Made by a program: the position numbers and the translations under genes
Shown: positions 19,149 through 27,520 of the stretch, in pieces
Layout: the number at the start of each line of letters is the position of its first letter
Numbering within the stretch: position 1 is the first letter of the stretch
The notes under the pieces: generated by a model
The model's input: only the letters and a program-made list of their open reading frames with translations
Database searches by the model: none
Told to the model about the DNA's origin: nothing
Source: a virus
DNA: 49,548 nt
Reading direction: 5' to 3' (one strand)
IMG/VR virus record: IMGVR_UViG_3300025706_000008
Coordinates: 1-49,548 of that record

Positions 19149-19951
19149 TACCGCACATTGCAAATTTTTACTGGAACAGGGAAACGCCGTTAAGCTATCT
19201 GCGACTGCTTACGTTGCGCACCTTCCGGCACCATCACCCGGATTGGAAGATGCGACTTTGGACATCGGAAAGCAATATGGTAAATGTATGGAGTGGCAAC
19301 CTTGAACAACAGGATTTTCAGACCGGCGGCATAAAAGATTACATTACTCAAGTTTCGTATTTGGGTATTGAAACGGTGGTATTCAATGAACCTATCACTA
19401 AACAGCTGGCACCGACTTTCATCAGCGACATAGTGCGGTTTCGCAGCATTGACGGCGGGGGCTGGTTCTTCGACCTTGATCAGATATTTTGCCGGTCGTT
19501 TGACGATTTATGCGACTGCGATTTTATCCTTGGCGGTTACAAAGACGTGATGTATTGCGGGGTGGTAGGGGCGTCGCATTCGTCAAATGCACCCGCGATT
19601 ATCTGTGAAAGACAGAAAGGATTAATTGCAAATAGGTTAACGCTATATAACGGTCTTGGAATATTGCTTCTGAGGTCAGTGCTTCAGTCGCATGACTTCG
19701 CCATATTGACGTCCGGGGAAAAACACAGGATGCTGCCGCACCAATATTTTTACCCAGTGCCGGAAAGCGCACGGGTGGAACAGATATATAACGGAGTGCT
19801 TCAAATACCGGCTTCGCCTGATAATTATGCCGTTCATTGGTACGGAGGTCACCCGCTTTCACAGGAGTTCAACCGGAAATATACGCCGGAATTTGCCAAA
19901 ACCAGCAACGATTCAATCAGTTTTTATTGTCGAAAAATTGAAATATTATGA
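19145..19951 (+). CDS. Glycosyltransferase with a DXD sugar-binding region (GT32-like)
   Basis: ISDIVRFRSIDGGGWFFDLDQ matches the SD..R......GG.Y.D.D signature. Confidence 0.55.
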   Translation: MIPHIANFYWNRETPLSYLRLLTLRTFRHHHPDWKMRLWTSESNMVNVWSGNLEQQDFQTGGIKDYITQVSYLGIETVVFNEPITKQLAPTFISDIVRFRSIDGGGWFFDLDQIFCRSFDDLCDCDFILGGYKDVMYCGVVGASHSSNAPAIICERQKGLIANRLTLYNGLGILLLRSVLQSHDFAILTSGEKHRMLPHQYFYPVPESARVEQIYNGVLQIPASPDNYAVHWYGGHPLSQEFNRKYTPEFAKTSNDSISFYCRKIEIL

Positions 19952-20235
19952 GACTACAATTAGACACCACAAACAAGTTAATCAAGGTTGAAGAATCAGT
20001 AAACCTTGGAGAATTTTTTGAAGTTCTTGACAGACTGTTGCCCGGCAATAAGTGGAAAGAATTCAAACTTGAAACACAAACCTTAATAAACTGGAGTAAT
20101 CCGATTGTAATAACTGACCCTTGGTATCCTTGGCGTCCTTGGTATGGAGAACCGATTACTGTTTCATGGACTGGAACAACATCACCGACAGATGTAACAA
20201 CTTTAAATCAAGGCGTGTATAACGTTGAAATATGA
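19948..20235 (+). CDS. Hypothetical small protein inside the glycan island (W/P-rich, then T/S-rich C-terminus)
   Basis: ATGA overlaps at both ends. No enzyme motifs. Confidence 0.5.
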   Translation: MRLQLDTTNKLIKVEESVNLGEFFEVLDRLLPGNKWKEFKLETQTLINWSNPIVITDPWYPWRPWYGEPITVSWTGTTSPTDVTTLNQGVYNVEI

Positions 20236-20828
20236 GACGTTACGGTAACGAATATGGCGGGTACGTCCTTCCGGAGGGGATGATCAACGGAAATAGTGTC
20301 GTCTATTCTTTTGGTTTGGGTGAAGATGCAAGTTTTGACATTGACGTTATGGCAAGTCATTCCTGCCCGGTTCACATTTTCGACCCGACACCCAGGGCTG
20401 AAATCTATTACAACATTCACCTTTCGACGTTCACAAATTTCATATTTCATCATTATGGCCTTTGGTTGGAAGATACTGAGAAACGCTTTTATTTTCCGGC
20501 AAACCGAAGTCATGTCAGCTGTTCGATTGTCAACCTTCAGAATACAAAGGAGTATTTTATCGGGCAGGTAAAGCGACTTCAGACGATAATGCGGGAGCTG
20601 AACCACGAAAGAATAGACGTTCTGAAAGTGGACATCGAAGGGGCTGAAAGCGAAGTAATACCCGATATGATCCGGTCGGGAATCCGTCCCGGAATCATCT
20701 GTATTGAGCTGCACAAAGGATGCGAAAACATAGCAGCAATGATAGAGGGATTCGGCTATTCTGTATTTCACAAAGGACATACATTAACATTTATTCATGA
20801 AGATAGCAATTTGCCTGATAGTTTATAA
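20232..20828 (+). CDS. FkbM-family SAM-dependent methyltransferase
   Basis: VVYSFGLGEDASFD and the hallmark IDVLKVDIEGAE. Confidence 0.7.
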   Translation: MRRYGNEYGGYVLPEGMINGNSVVYSFGLGEDASFDIDVMASHSCPVHIFDPTPRAEIYYNIHLSTFTNFIFHHYGLWLEDTEKRFYFPANRSHVSCSIVNLQNTKEYFIGQVKRLQTIMRELNHERIDVLKVDIEGAESEVIPDMIRSGIRPGIICIELHKGCENIAAMIEGFGYSVFHKGHTLTFIHEDSNLPDSL

Positions 20829-21618
20829 CGGAAAGCCATTCATTGATTTGTGGCTGAACCATTATCTTAATTGCCCGTCAATTGATTATGTCTGCGTGGC
20901 CGAAGGAGCAACACGTAACATGATGACCGCGCTTGACCTACCATCTGTCAGAAGCAACGACGGGACAATGGAAAGCATGTTTAACAATTACGGGAACAGT
21001 AAGATCTTATGTGTCGCGGCGAATACCCCGCACCCGGAGAAAAACGAGCAGATGAACGCCGCAATCGGACTGGTCCCGGACGATACCGATTATCTGATCA
21101 TTAGCGGGGTAGATGAATTTTACCACCATTTCGACTTGCAATGGCTGAAGGGTGAACTTGCGGACAAAGGATATACATATGCGGAGTTCCGCCATTTTCA
21201 TTTTTGGAAACACGCGGACGTTATTGGCGTGGGAGGTCGCGGGTACGGCTACAACATGCCTGCCGATTCTGTATTCCGGTATTGGCCTGGATCTCGCATG
21301 ACAAAGCACCGACCGTTGACGATGACCGACCATCAGGGACGGCCGCTGAAATCATTGAAGCCGCTATTAGCAGGAAGCAACCCGGTAATGAATTACCACT
21401 ACAGCTACGTTACTGAAAAAATGGTATATGAAAAAATGCTGTATTATACCATAACGATGCGCCACGATTACATGCCGTGGTACTGGCAATGCTGGAAGGC
21501 ATGGACGCGGGAAAACCGGCAGGATATTGAAAGCCGGTGGAGCATTCATCCTTCAGTTCCGGGAGCCACGACCCGCGACATCAGCCTGGTTCATCCGATT
21601 AATACCGCCCTGTTATGA
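20797..21618 (+). CDS. Glycosyltransferase-like protein (GT-A or GT2-like)
   Basis: N-terminal IAICLIVYNG strand and a GVDEF acidic motif. Weaker evidence than for the neighbouring genes. Confidence 0.45.
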   Translation: MKIAICLIVYNGKPFIDLWLNHYLNCPSIDYVCVAEGATRNMMTALDLPSVRSNDGTMESMFNNYGNSKILCVAANTPHPEKNEQMNAAIGLVPDDTDYLIISGVDEFYHHFDLQWLKGELADKGYTYAEFRHFHFWKHADVIGVGGRGYGYNMPADSVFRYWPGSRMTKHRPLTMTDHQGRPLKSLKPLLAGSNPVMNYHYSYVTEKMVYEKMLYYTITMRHDYMPWYWQCWKAWTRENRQDIESRWSIHPSVPGATTRDISLVHPINTALL

Positions 21619-22370
21619 AGATCATCGGACTGACACGGATACGTAACGAGGCGGAGATAATTCAGGATACGCTTAATCACATGGGTACGTTTTGCGATGA
21701 AATATACGTTTATGATGATTGTTCAACAGACAATACCGCAGACATCTGCCTGAAACATCCAAAAGTTGCGAAAGTTCTGATTGGTGAATCATGGGACATA
21801 GACCGGGCGCGGGCCGAATGGCAGAACCGGAACGAACTGCTGAAACTGGCCCAATGCTATGCCACACCGGATGATTGGTTTGTTTACATGGACGCGGACG
21901 AGCGTATTGAATGGGATTGGTCAAAACTCAGAGCATACCCGGACGACGTGACGGGCGTTGTCATGTGGTTGTTTGACTTTTATATAACACCGCATGATGT
22001 TGACCTACATTACACACAGCGCCGGTGGTTAGGCCCGGAGTTCCGGCCTATACTGATGGCATTCCGTAACATCTCCGGGACAGGCTATTCACAGCCTGAC
22101 CAACGTGAGGTTACATTACCGCGCGGAAAGATTATCTATGATGGATTTGTCAAGCATTACGGAAAGGCAATAAGCGTCGCACAATGGAATCGCACGGTTG
22201 ACTATTACACTCGCTGTTTTCCGAAATATTCAGCCAAGTGGGAAAAGCGACGTGGAAGGGCTGTTCACATTATCAGCTCTTTTGGCCGTTCACTCATCAC
22301 GTGGGATGAACGGATAGATAAGGGAATATTGCTGACACCACAAATTGAAAACCAAAACATATACCTATGA
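21615..22370 (+). CDS. Family 2 glycosyltransferase
   Basis: YVYDDCSTDNT and YMDADE (DXD) motifs. Confidence 0.65.
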   Translation: MKIIGLTRIRNEAEIIQDTLNHMGTFCDEIYVYDDCSTDNTADICLKHPKVAKVLIGESWDIDRARAEWQNRNELLKLAQCYATPDDWFVYMDADERIEWDWSKLRAYPDDVTGVVMWLFDFYITPHDVDLHYTQRRWLGPEFRPILMAFRNISGTGYSQPDQREVTLPRGKIIYDGFVKHYGKAISVAQWNRTVDYYTRCFPKYSAKWEKRRGRAVHIISSFGRSLITWDERIDKGILLTPQIENQNIYL

Positions 22371-23254
22371 AAATTCTTTTAACAAACAACCACCTTCAGC
22401 ACCTGATGGGGTCAGAGACATTTACGCACACGCTGGCAAAGGCAGCCATTGATTACGGGGCAGAAGTATATCTGCATACCTTTTTTGCCGGGCAGGTAAG
22501 CAAGCGGATATTTGCACTTGGCGTGAAACCGGCAAAGATGACCCGGTATAACCTGGTACTAGCCAACCATAACAGTTGCATAAAGCATTGCCATAACATG
22601 GGATGGGGGCCGGTCATTCAGACCTGTCACGGAAAAGTACCACAACTAGAACAACCGTCACCGTTGGCCGTTAAATATGTTGCCATAACGAAAGAGGTGC
22701 AACAGCACATCATGAACCTCACAAACCGGGAAGATGTTCAGATCATTTACAACATGATCGACACCGACCGGTTCACATTGCAAAATCCGGTCAACAAAAA
22801 ACCAAAGTGGGCATTGTCGTTGTCAAAATCGCTGGACTTCAACAAAGAACTTGAAACGGAATTAAAACGCCACGGCATTACCTTGTTTTACGCTCATTAT
22901 TCCGCTGCGCCAATATGGGACATTGAAAAACTGATCAACGATGTTGATTTTGTTATCAGCCTGGGGCGCGGCGTTATGGAGGCGATGGCCTGCGGGCGTC
23001 AGTCCATGATCATTGACCGCCGTGCATATCAGGAGCAGATGGCAGATGGTATGCTTACACCGTCGAATGTTAACCAGTTGATTGAAACGAATTTCTCAGG
23101 CCGGTACAACAAAATAAAAAAGCCGCTGCCGGAGTTGATTGACGAGATGCTGGCCGATTATAGCGCAGATGATTCCGAACCATTACGGAATTGGGCACTG
23201 AAGGAACTCAATTATCGCACGCAGTTCGAAAAATACCTGAAAATATTACCATGA
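22367..23254 (+). CDS. GT-B fold glycosyltransferase (GT4-like)
   Basis: MKILLTNNH...GSETF N-terminus and a GRGVMEAMACGR C-terminal motif. Confidence 0.55.
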   Translation: MKILLTNNHLQHLMGSETFTHTLAKAAIDYGAEVYLHTFFAGQVSKRIFALGVKPAKMTRYNLVLANHNSCIKHCHNMGWGPVIQTCHGKVPQLEQPSPLAVKYVAITKEVQQHIMNLTNREDVQIIYNMIDTDRFTLQNPVNKKPKWALSLSKSLDFNKELETELKRHGITLFYAHYSAAPIWDIEKLINDVDFVISLGRGVMEAMACGRQSMIIDRRAYQEQMADGMLTPSNVNQLIETNFSGRYNKIKKPLPELIDEMLADYSADDSEPLRNWALKELNYRTQFEKYLKILP

Positions 23255-24033
23255 GAATCGCCGTCGTAATGCCATATTTCAAGCGGTTCCGCCAGTTGTA
23301 TAATACACTGATGTCGATCAGGATGACACGGCACCCGGATTATGATGTTGTGGTGGTATATGAAACGGATGATGAAATTCTAAGATTACGCGATTTGTCG
23401 CCTAACATTCATCTGTTGAAGATCGACCGCAAAGAGAATGTTGCCACCATGCAGGACATTGCCTGTAATGAGGGGTTTCTTTTTGCGCTGCAGAATTTCA
23501 ATCCCGACGCGGTGATGGTGCAGCATTGCGAATGTGCGCACCGAGGCGATATTCTCAAATATGTTGCCGACAATATCACCGATAACGATTACCTGACATT
23601 CAGTTGCTTTTCAATCAATGAGGAAAATTACAAAGACCCGCAACTTGACATTGACGCTGTCATCCGGCAGAACAATAAATCTGTCATCACTAATTTTGAT
23701 AATGGCTGGTACAATCATCCAACTTACCGGGCAGTGTATTATGAATTTTGCGCCGCAATGACAACGGGTAACCTGAAGCGGATGAACGGTTATGATGAAC
23801 GCTTTGCCAATGGCTATGGGTACAATGACAACTATTTTTTTCACCGGGTAAAACTCATGCGATTAAAGCCACGGATAGTGACTGATTGCATTGTCATTCA
23901 CCAGTGGCACGCTAAGCCGGAGAATAACGGACGCGATGTGGCAAAACTGATAGGCGTTAACAGGGATTTATATTCGCAACTATCAAAGACAAACGAGATA
24001 AAAGCCGTACACACATTCACGGCGGATTTATAA
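23251..24033 (+). CDS. GT-A glycosyltransferase (GT2 or beta-1,4-galactosyltransferase C-terminal-like)
   Basis: IAVVMPYFKR start and NGYDERFANGYGYNDN motif. Start moved to ATG 23251 (ATGA overlap) instead of the track's 23191. Confidence 0.55.
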   Translation: MRIAVVMPYFKRFRQLYNTLMSIRMTRHPDYDVVVVYETDDEILRLRDLSPNIHLLKIDRKENVATMQDIACNEGFLFALQNFNPDAVMVQHCECAHRGDILKYVADNITDNDYLTFSCFSINEENYKDPQLDIDAVIRQNNKSVITNFDNGWYNHPTYRAVYYEFCAAMTTGNLKRMNGYDERFANGYGYNDNYFFHRVKLMRLKPRIVTDCIVIHQWHAKPENNGRDVAKLIGVNRDLYSQLSKTNEIKAVHTFTADL

Positions 24034-24051
24034 ACACAAAAAAAAAGAAAA

Positions 24052-24390
24052 ATGGAGAATTTAAAAAAAGCACTTGGGAAGATTTTCAACACCGCTCAGG
24101 TTGTTGACCGTGCACTTGAAGACAAGAAAATCAAAGGTATGGAATGGGTCGGAATCGGGGCGTCCGCGATCGCTTGGGTGTGGATATTCCGCAACTTTGA
24201 CCTCATTGCCGAAGACCTGAAAAGCTTACAGGAAGATCAGCTTCCCGAAATGAACGCGTGGGTATCAGAGAATTTTGATCTTCGTAATGATGTTGCCGAG
24301 GGCATCGTCGAGGAGGCCATAGCGATGCTGGCGATGTTCGCCTCCATCATGATCAAGACAAGGGTTGAAACTCCCGTTACCCCGGCCTGA
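24052..24390 (+). CDS. Hypothetical membrane protein
   Basis: Hydrophobic segments WVGIGASAIAWVWIF and AIAMLAMFASIMI. Confidence 0.5.
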   Translation: MENLKKALGKIFNTAQVVDRALEDKKIKGMEWVGIGASAIAWVWIFRNFDLIAEDLKSLQEDQLPEMNAWVSENFDLRNDVAEGIVEEAIAMLAMFASIMIKTRVETPVTPA

Positions 24391-24501
24391 GATCACTCCC
24401 GACGGCGGCACGTTGCCGGGGGGACATAATGGTATCCGTTGGTTCGGATTGAAAATAATCATTCCGATAAAAAAAATATTGCACTTTTTTAGACGTAAAA
24501 G

Positions 24502-25104
24502 GTGAAAGACCGGATATTGATTCTGGCACCGCACACTGACGACGGTGAACTTGGCGTTGGTGCCACTGCAGCAAAATTGACCGATGATGGTAATGATGTT
24601 TTTTATGTCGCATTTTCATGGTGCGGCAATGAACGGCTGAAAGACGAAGCCAGGAAAGCAACCGGAATAATAGGCGTAAAAACAGAAAACCTGATCATGT
24701 TAGATTACCAGGTACGACATTTTGAATATCACCGGCAGGAAATTCTTGACGATATGATCCGGTTGAGGGATGACATCCGGCCTGGATTGGTGTATTGTCC
24801 ATTGATTAATGATATACACCAGGATCATCAGACGATAGCCGCAGAAGCCATAAGGGCTTTTAAATTCAGTACAATACTTTGTTATGAGTTGCCGTGGAAT
24901 AATATTCAATTCAATGCAACGGCATTTGAAATTGTTAGTTTTGATAATCTGATGCTGAAGAAACAGGCTGTGATTGCATACAGATCACAATCCGACCGGC
25001 CCTATTGCACACCTGATTTCATATATTCACTTGCTACTGTCAGGGGTATTCAATGCGGCGTACAATATGCAGAATCCTTTGAAGTTGTGAGATGGATACG
25101 GTAG
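24502..25104 (+). CDS. PIG-L / LmbE-family N-deacetylase
   Basis: ILILAPHTDDGELG and HQDHQ motifs. GTG start. Confidence 0.75.
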   Translation: MKDRILILAPHTDDGELGVGATAAKLTDDGNDVFYVAFSWCGNERLKDEARKATGIIGVKTENLIMLDYQVRHFEYHRQEILDDMIRLRDDIRPGLVYCPLINDIHQDHQTIAAEAIRAFKFSTILCYELPWNNIQFNATAFEIVSFDNLMLKKQAVIAYRSQSDRPYCTPDFIYSLATVRGIQCGVQYAESFEVVRWIR

Positions 25105-25757
25105 CCATACATCAGCCTAATTTCATCCCTTGGGCCGGGTATTTTCACAAGATTGCGAATTGCGATTTGTTCGTTTTGTTGGATGATGCCGAATACACAA
25201 AAAGCGGATATATAAACCGAAACCGGATAAAGACACCAACGGGATGGCAATGGCTTACCGTCCCTGTTCATTATTCGGGCCGGTCACGCCAACAGATCAG
25301 TGATGTTCAAATTGTCAATCCCGACAAGACATACCACAAGATTACCGGAGCATTGCAGGCAAATTACGGACGTGCGCCGTATTATCATAAAGTGATGGAA
25401 TTGTTATTGCCGTTATTTGCCGGTGATAAACTGGCTGACCTGAACGAATCAATCATACGGGTAATAACGGAATACATTGGAATACGCACGCCGGTCATCC
25501 GCGCCAGTGATTTGAACGTAAAAGGTGAGGCAACGGAACGGCTTATCAGTATTTGCCAGATGACAGGTGCAAGATGTTATCTTGCAGGCACCGGAAGCCG
25601 CAACTACCAGGATGATCAGTTATTCATGAATGCCGGTATTGAGGTAAAGATTCAGCAGTTCGATCATCCCGCATATAATCAGTTATGGGGTGGATTCACA
25701 CCAAAATTGTCGATTCTGGACTGGCTGTTCAATGCCGGAAAAAATGCCATGTTATAA
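25092..25757 (+). CDS. WbqC-family protein
   Basis: N-terminal VAIHQPNFIPWAGYFHKI and LLDDAEYTK are typical of WbqC-like proteins. Confidence 0.7.
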   Translation: MDTVAIHQPNFIPWAGYFHKIANCDLFVLLDDAEYTKSGYINRNRIKTPTGWQWLTVPVHYSGRSRQQISDVQIVNPDKTYHKITGALQANYGRAPYYHKVMELLLPLFAGDKLADLNESIIRVITEYIGIRTPVIRASDLNVKGEATERLISICQMTGARCYLAGTGSRNYQDDQLFMNAGIEVKIQQFDHPAYNQLWGGFTPKLSILDWLFNAGKNAML

Positions 25758-25794
25758 AATTGTTGTATCAGATTTTTGCTTTCCTTCCGTAATG

Positions 25795-25824
25795 CCAGTA
25801 TTTACGGGCCCTGTGTAAATACGG
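25795..25824. other. Hairpin (8-10 bp stem gtatttac/gtaaatac, 9-nt loop) next to the tRNA-like fragment
   Basis: 25798-25805 pairs with 25815-25822. Confidence 0.6.
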
Positions 25825-25827
25825 TCA

Positions 25828-25870
25828 CCTCATTACGAATGCGCTGCTCTACCAGCTGAGCTAAAGAGGC
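25828..25870 (-). pseudogene. tRNA-Thr(CGU)-like 5' fragment: acceptor 5' strand, D-arm and anticodon loop only
   Basis: The minus strand reads GCCTCTT-TA-GCTCAGCTGGTAGAGC-A-GCGCA-TTCGTAA-TG. There is no T-arm and no matching 3' acceptor strand. Confidence 0.6.
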
Positions 25871-26023
25871 AAATGCCAGTGTTTTCTGGGCATTCAGCTA
25901 TTTTTACACCATTCTGTCTGCACGTTCCGACGCGATAAATACGTCTGATTGTTGCAAAATGTTGTAAAATAACGGTTTTACGGTCATTAAGCGCGAAGTA
26001 ATTAGAGAAATTGAAATGAAATG

Positions 26024-26053
26024 AAAGGCCGGTCATTCCGGCTTTTTCTTTTT
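26024..26053. terminator. Bidirectional intrinsic terminator at the convergence of the late operon and the minus-strand regulator gene
   Basis: aaaggccgg-tcatt-ccggctttt stem-loop, then tttttcttttt on the + strand and a T-rich tract on the - strand. Confidence 0.6.
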
Positions 26054-26479
26054 CAGCAGTTCATCAAGATACCGATTCACCTCCTCTTCATCCTTCACAT
26101 CCGGTCGCCTGGTCACCCGCGCCGTATTCACAACATGATCGACATTGTGAAGTTCATGCAAACAGCGGATATTCACCGGCACGTTAATCAGACCATTTTC
26201 ACCCAGACGCACATCGTATTGGACCTCCCAAAATTCATCCAATACAATCATTTCGGGCAATTCATACACATTTGCCGTTACCCGTTCCGGTGAAAATTCC
26301 GGGCAATACAACGAAAGACCATCGCGCGCCTCATACATAAGCTGACCAAAGATTTCATTGATAGTGGTATATGAAACGCCGATTTTATCCGCAAAAATCT
26401 GCTGTGTCTCAAAACCGTATGTTTTTTTCTGCCATTCAAAGACATCGCGGATACGGTTATTTATTTCAAAATCAGGCAT
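26033..26479 (-). CDS. HTH transcriptional regulator (XRE/CI-like N-terminus, unknown C-terminal domain); the only credible minus-strand gene
   Basis: The segment QQIFADKIGVSYTTINEIFGQ looks like a helix-turn-helix. Divergent from the early genes. Confidence 0.6.
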   Translation of the reverse strand: MPDFEINNRIRDVFEWQKKTYGFETQQIFADKIGVSYTTINEIFGQLMYEARDGLSLYCPEFSPERVTANVYELPEMIVLDEFWEVQYDVRLGENGLINVPVNIRCLHELHNVDHVVNTARVTRRPDVKDEEEVNRYLDELLKKKKPE

Positions 26480-26601
26480 GATAAAAAATATTTAGCTTTT
26501 ATTTAAAAAAAATTCAACTTTTATTTGTTTTATATAAATTTATATTTATATTTGTTTCGTTAAATGTAATGCAATATACGAAATTATAAACAATTGGTTA
26601 T
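26480..26601. promoter_or_regulatory. Divergent AT-rich control region, with TATATTTG (26547-26554) matching the Bacteroidota -7 box TAnnTTTG
   Basis: 122-nt AT-rich gap between divergent genes. The motif was read directly. Confidence 0.5.
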
Positions 26602-26808
26602 ATGCCTAGAACAGAATTAATAACATACACGGGCTCACCGCAGCTGAAAGATGCCCTGCCACGCGGCACAATGACACGCTTGGCCGTGAAATACAACCTC
26701 AGCTACGTGTTCGTTTTCAACGTCGCCTCCGGGCGCGCGAATACCTGTATAAAAGAATTGGTTGACGAAATGAATAGCCTCGCAAATTATGACCTGGTCG
26801 AATCCTGA
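26602..26808 (+). CDS. Small early protein, Cro-like by position (hypothetical)
   Basis: First + strand gene after the divergent region; 68 aa. Confidence 0.45.
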   Translation: MPRTELITYTGSPQLKDALPRGTMTRLAVKYNLSYVFVFNVASGRANTCIKELVDEMNSLANYDLVES

Positions 26809-27067
26809 CAATCACATTTTCAGCCTTGACCGTATCGCATTGGCTGACATCGTCACAGCCGCCGCAACGGCAGGGGCAGAGACGGCACTCGCACTCGCGG
26901 GCATGACCGAAACCATGATCAGCCAGAATGAGGCGTGGCGTATCTATTCCCGGCCAATGGTGACCAGGTGGAGGCAGCAGGGGAAAATCAGCCCGGTGAA
27001 GCGCGGCAACACTAATTTATATGACAGAATAAGGCTTGAAGTATTGGCAAAAACAAATGACCTATGA
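26789..27067 (+). CDS. Hypothetical protein, possible Xis/MerR-type HTH at the C-terminus
   Basis: ISQNEAWRIYSRPMVTRWRQQGKI segment. Weak evidence. Confidence 0.4.
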   Translation: MTWSNPDNHIFSLDRIALADIVTAAATAGAETALALAGMTETMISQNEAWRIYSRPMVTRWRQQGKISPVKRGNTNLYDRIRLEVLAKTNDL

Positions 27068-27231
27068 TTGATTACCTGACTGATATCATGTGGATCGCCA
27101 ACAATGGAACGCCGGAACAGATCAAGGTATTACGTGAGATTCTAAAAAATATGATGGATTACGAATCAAAACAAGGCAATAATGAAAAACGACATGAAAA
27201 CAGTGTACCGGAAGCTGGCCGAAAGGATTGA
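27064..27231 (+). CDS. Possible small ORF (55 aa, MIDYLTDIMW...), not in the track
   Basis: ATGA overlap with the upstream stop. Overlaps the 27182 ORF by 50 nt, so one of the two starts may be wrong. Confidence 0.3.
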   Translation: MIDYLTDIMWIANNGTPEQIKVLREILKNMMDYESKQGNNEKRHENSVPEAGRKD

Positions 27232-27484
27232 GTCAGACACTTTCGGTTGTGAAATCACAAAGAGCGAATCAGAAATCACCCATAACAAACTTTTGTTCTG
27301 GGTGGCTTACGAAATCCGGCGGGAGTTTAATGACGTGTTCTATTCATACGATGTTGAGCCGGATTCACACGTGAAAACACACATAAGTATCACCGATTAT
27401 GCTGTATTTGACGAGGAGGGGCAGAGCGTTACAATCGACTTCGACCCGTCCGTGATTGAAGAAATCATGAACGATTACGAATAA
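27182..27484 (+). CDS. Hypothetical protein
   Basis: 100-aa ORF, co-directional with its neighbours. Confidence 0.5.
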   Translation: MKNDMKTVYRKLAERIESDTFGCEITKSESEITHNKLLFWVAYEIRREFNDVFYSYDVEPDSHVKTHISITDYAVFDEEGQSVTIDFDPSVIEEIMNDYE

Positions 27485-27520
27485 CCCGACCGACGGGAAA
27501 CCCGGGAGTTCTTTCAGACA

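Noticed and set aside
20208-20780. 190-aa minus-strand ORF, and similar long antisense ORFs (for example 27733..28263, 35897..36514, 9673..10107, 16436..16885, 18552..19028, 3947..4396)
   Set aside because: Each lies fully inside a + strand gene that has recognisable family motifs or clear operon context. They are treated as shadow ORFs.
23191-23250. Upstream extensions proposed by the track for several genes (23191, 45276, 28037, 40306, 40918, 39251, 7143, 43861)
   Set aside because: These extensions overlap the preceding gene substantially or use TTG/GTG starts. In-frame ATGs with ATGA coupling or SD sites give more plausible starts.
24391-24501. Small hairpins (cggca-cgt-tgccg at about 24405-24417, and an imperfect palindrome cggattga..tcattccg) before the PIG-L gene
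   Set aside because: The stems are short with no T-run, and no copy occurs elsewhere in the window. That is not enough to call a terminator or operator.
25828-25870. An intact tRNA gene
   Set aside because: Only the acceptor 5' strand, D-arm and anticodon loop are present. The anticodon stem pairs at 3 of 5 positions, and there is no T-arm or 3' acceptor strand. It is called a fragment instead.
25833-26036. Minus-strand track ORF of 67 aa
   Set aside because: It runs through the tRNA-like fragment and the terminator hairpin in a non-coding gap. It has no coding-like features.
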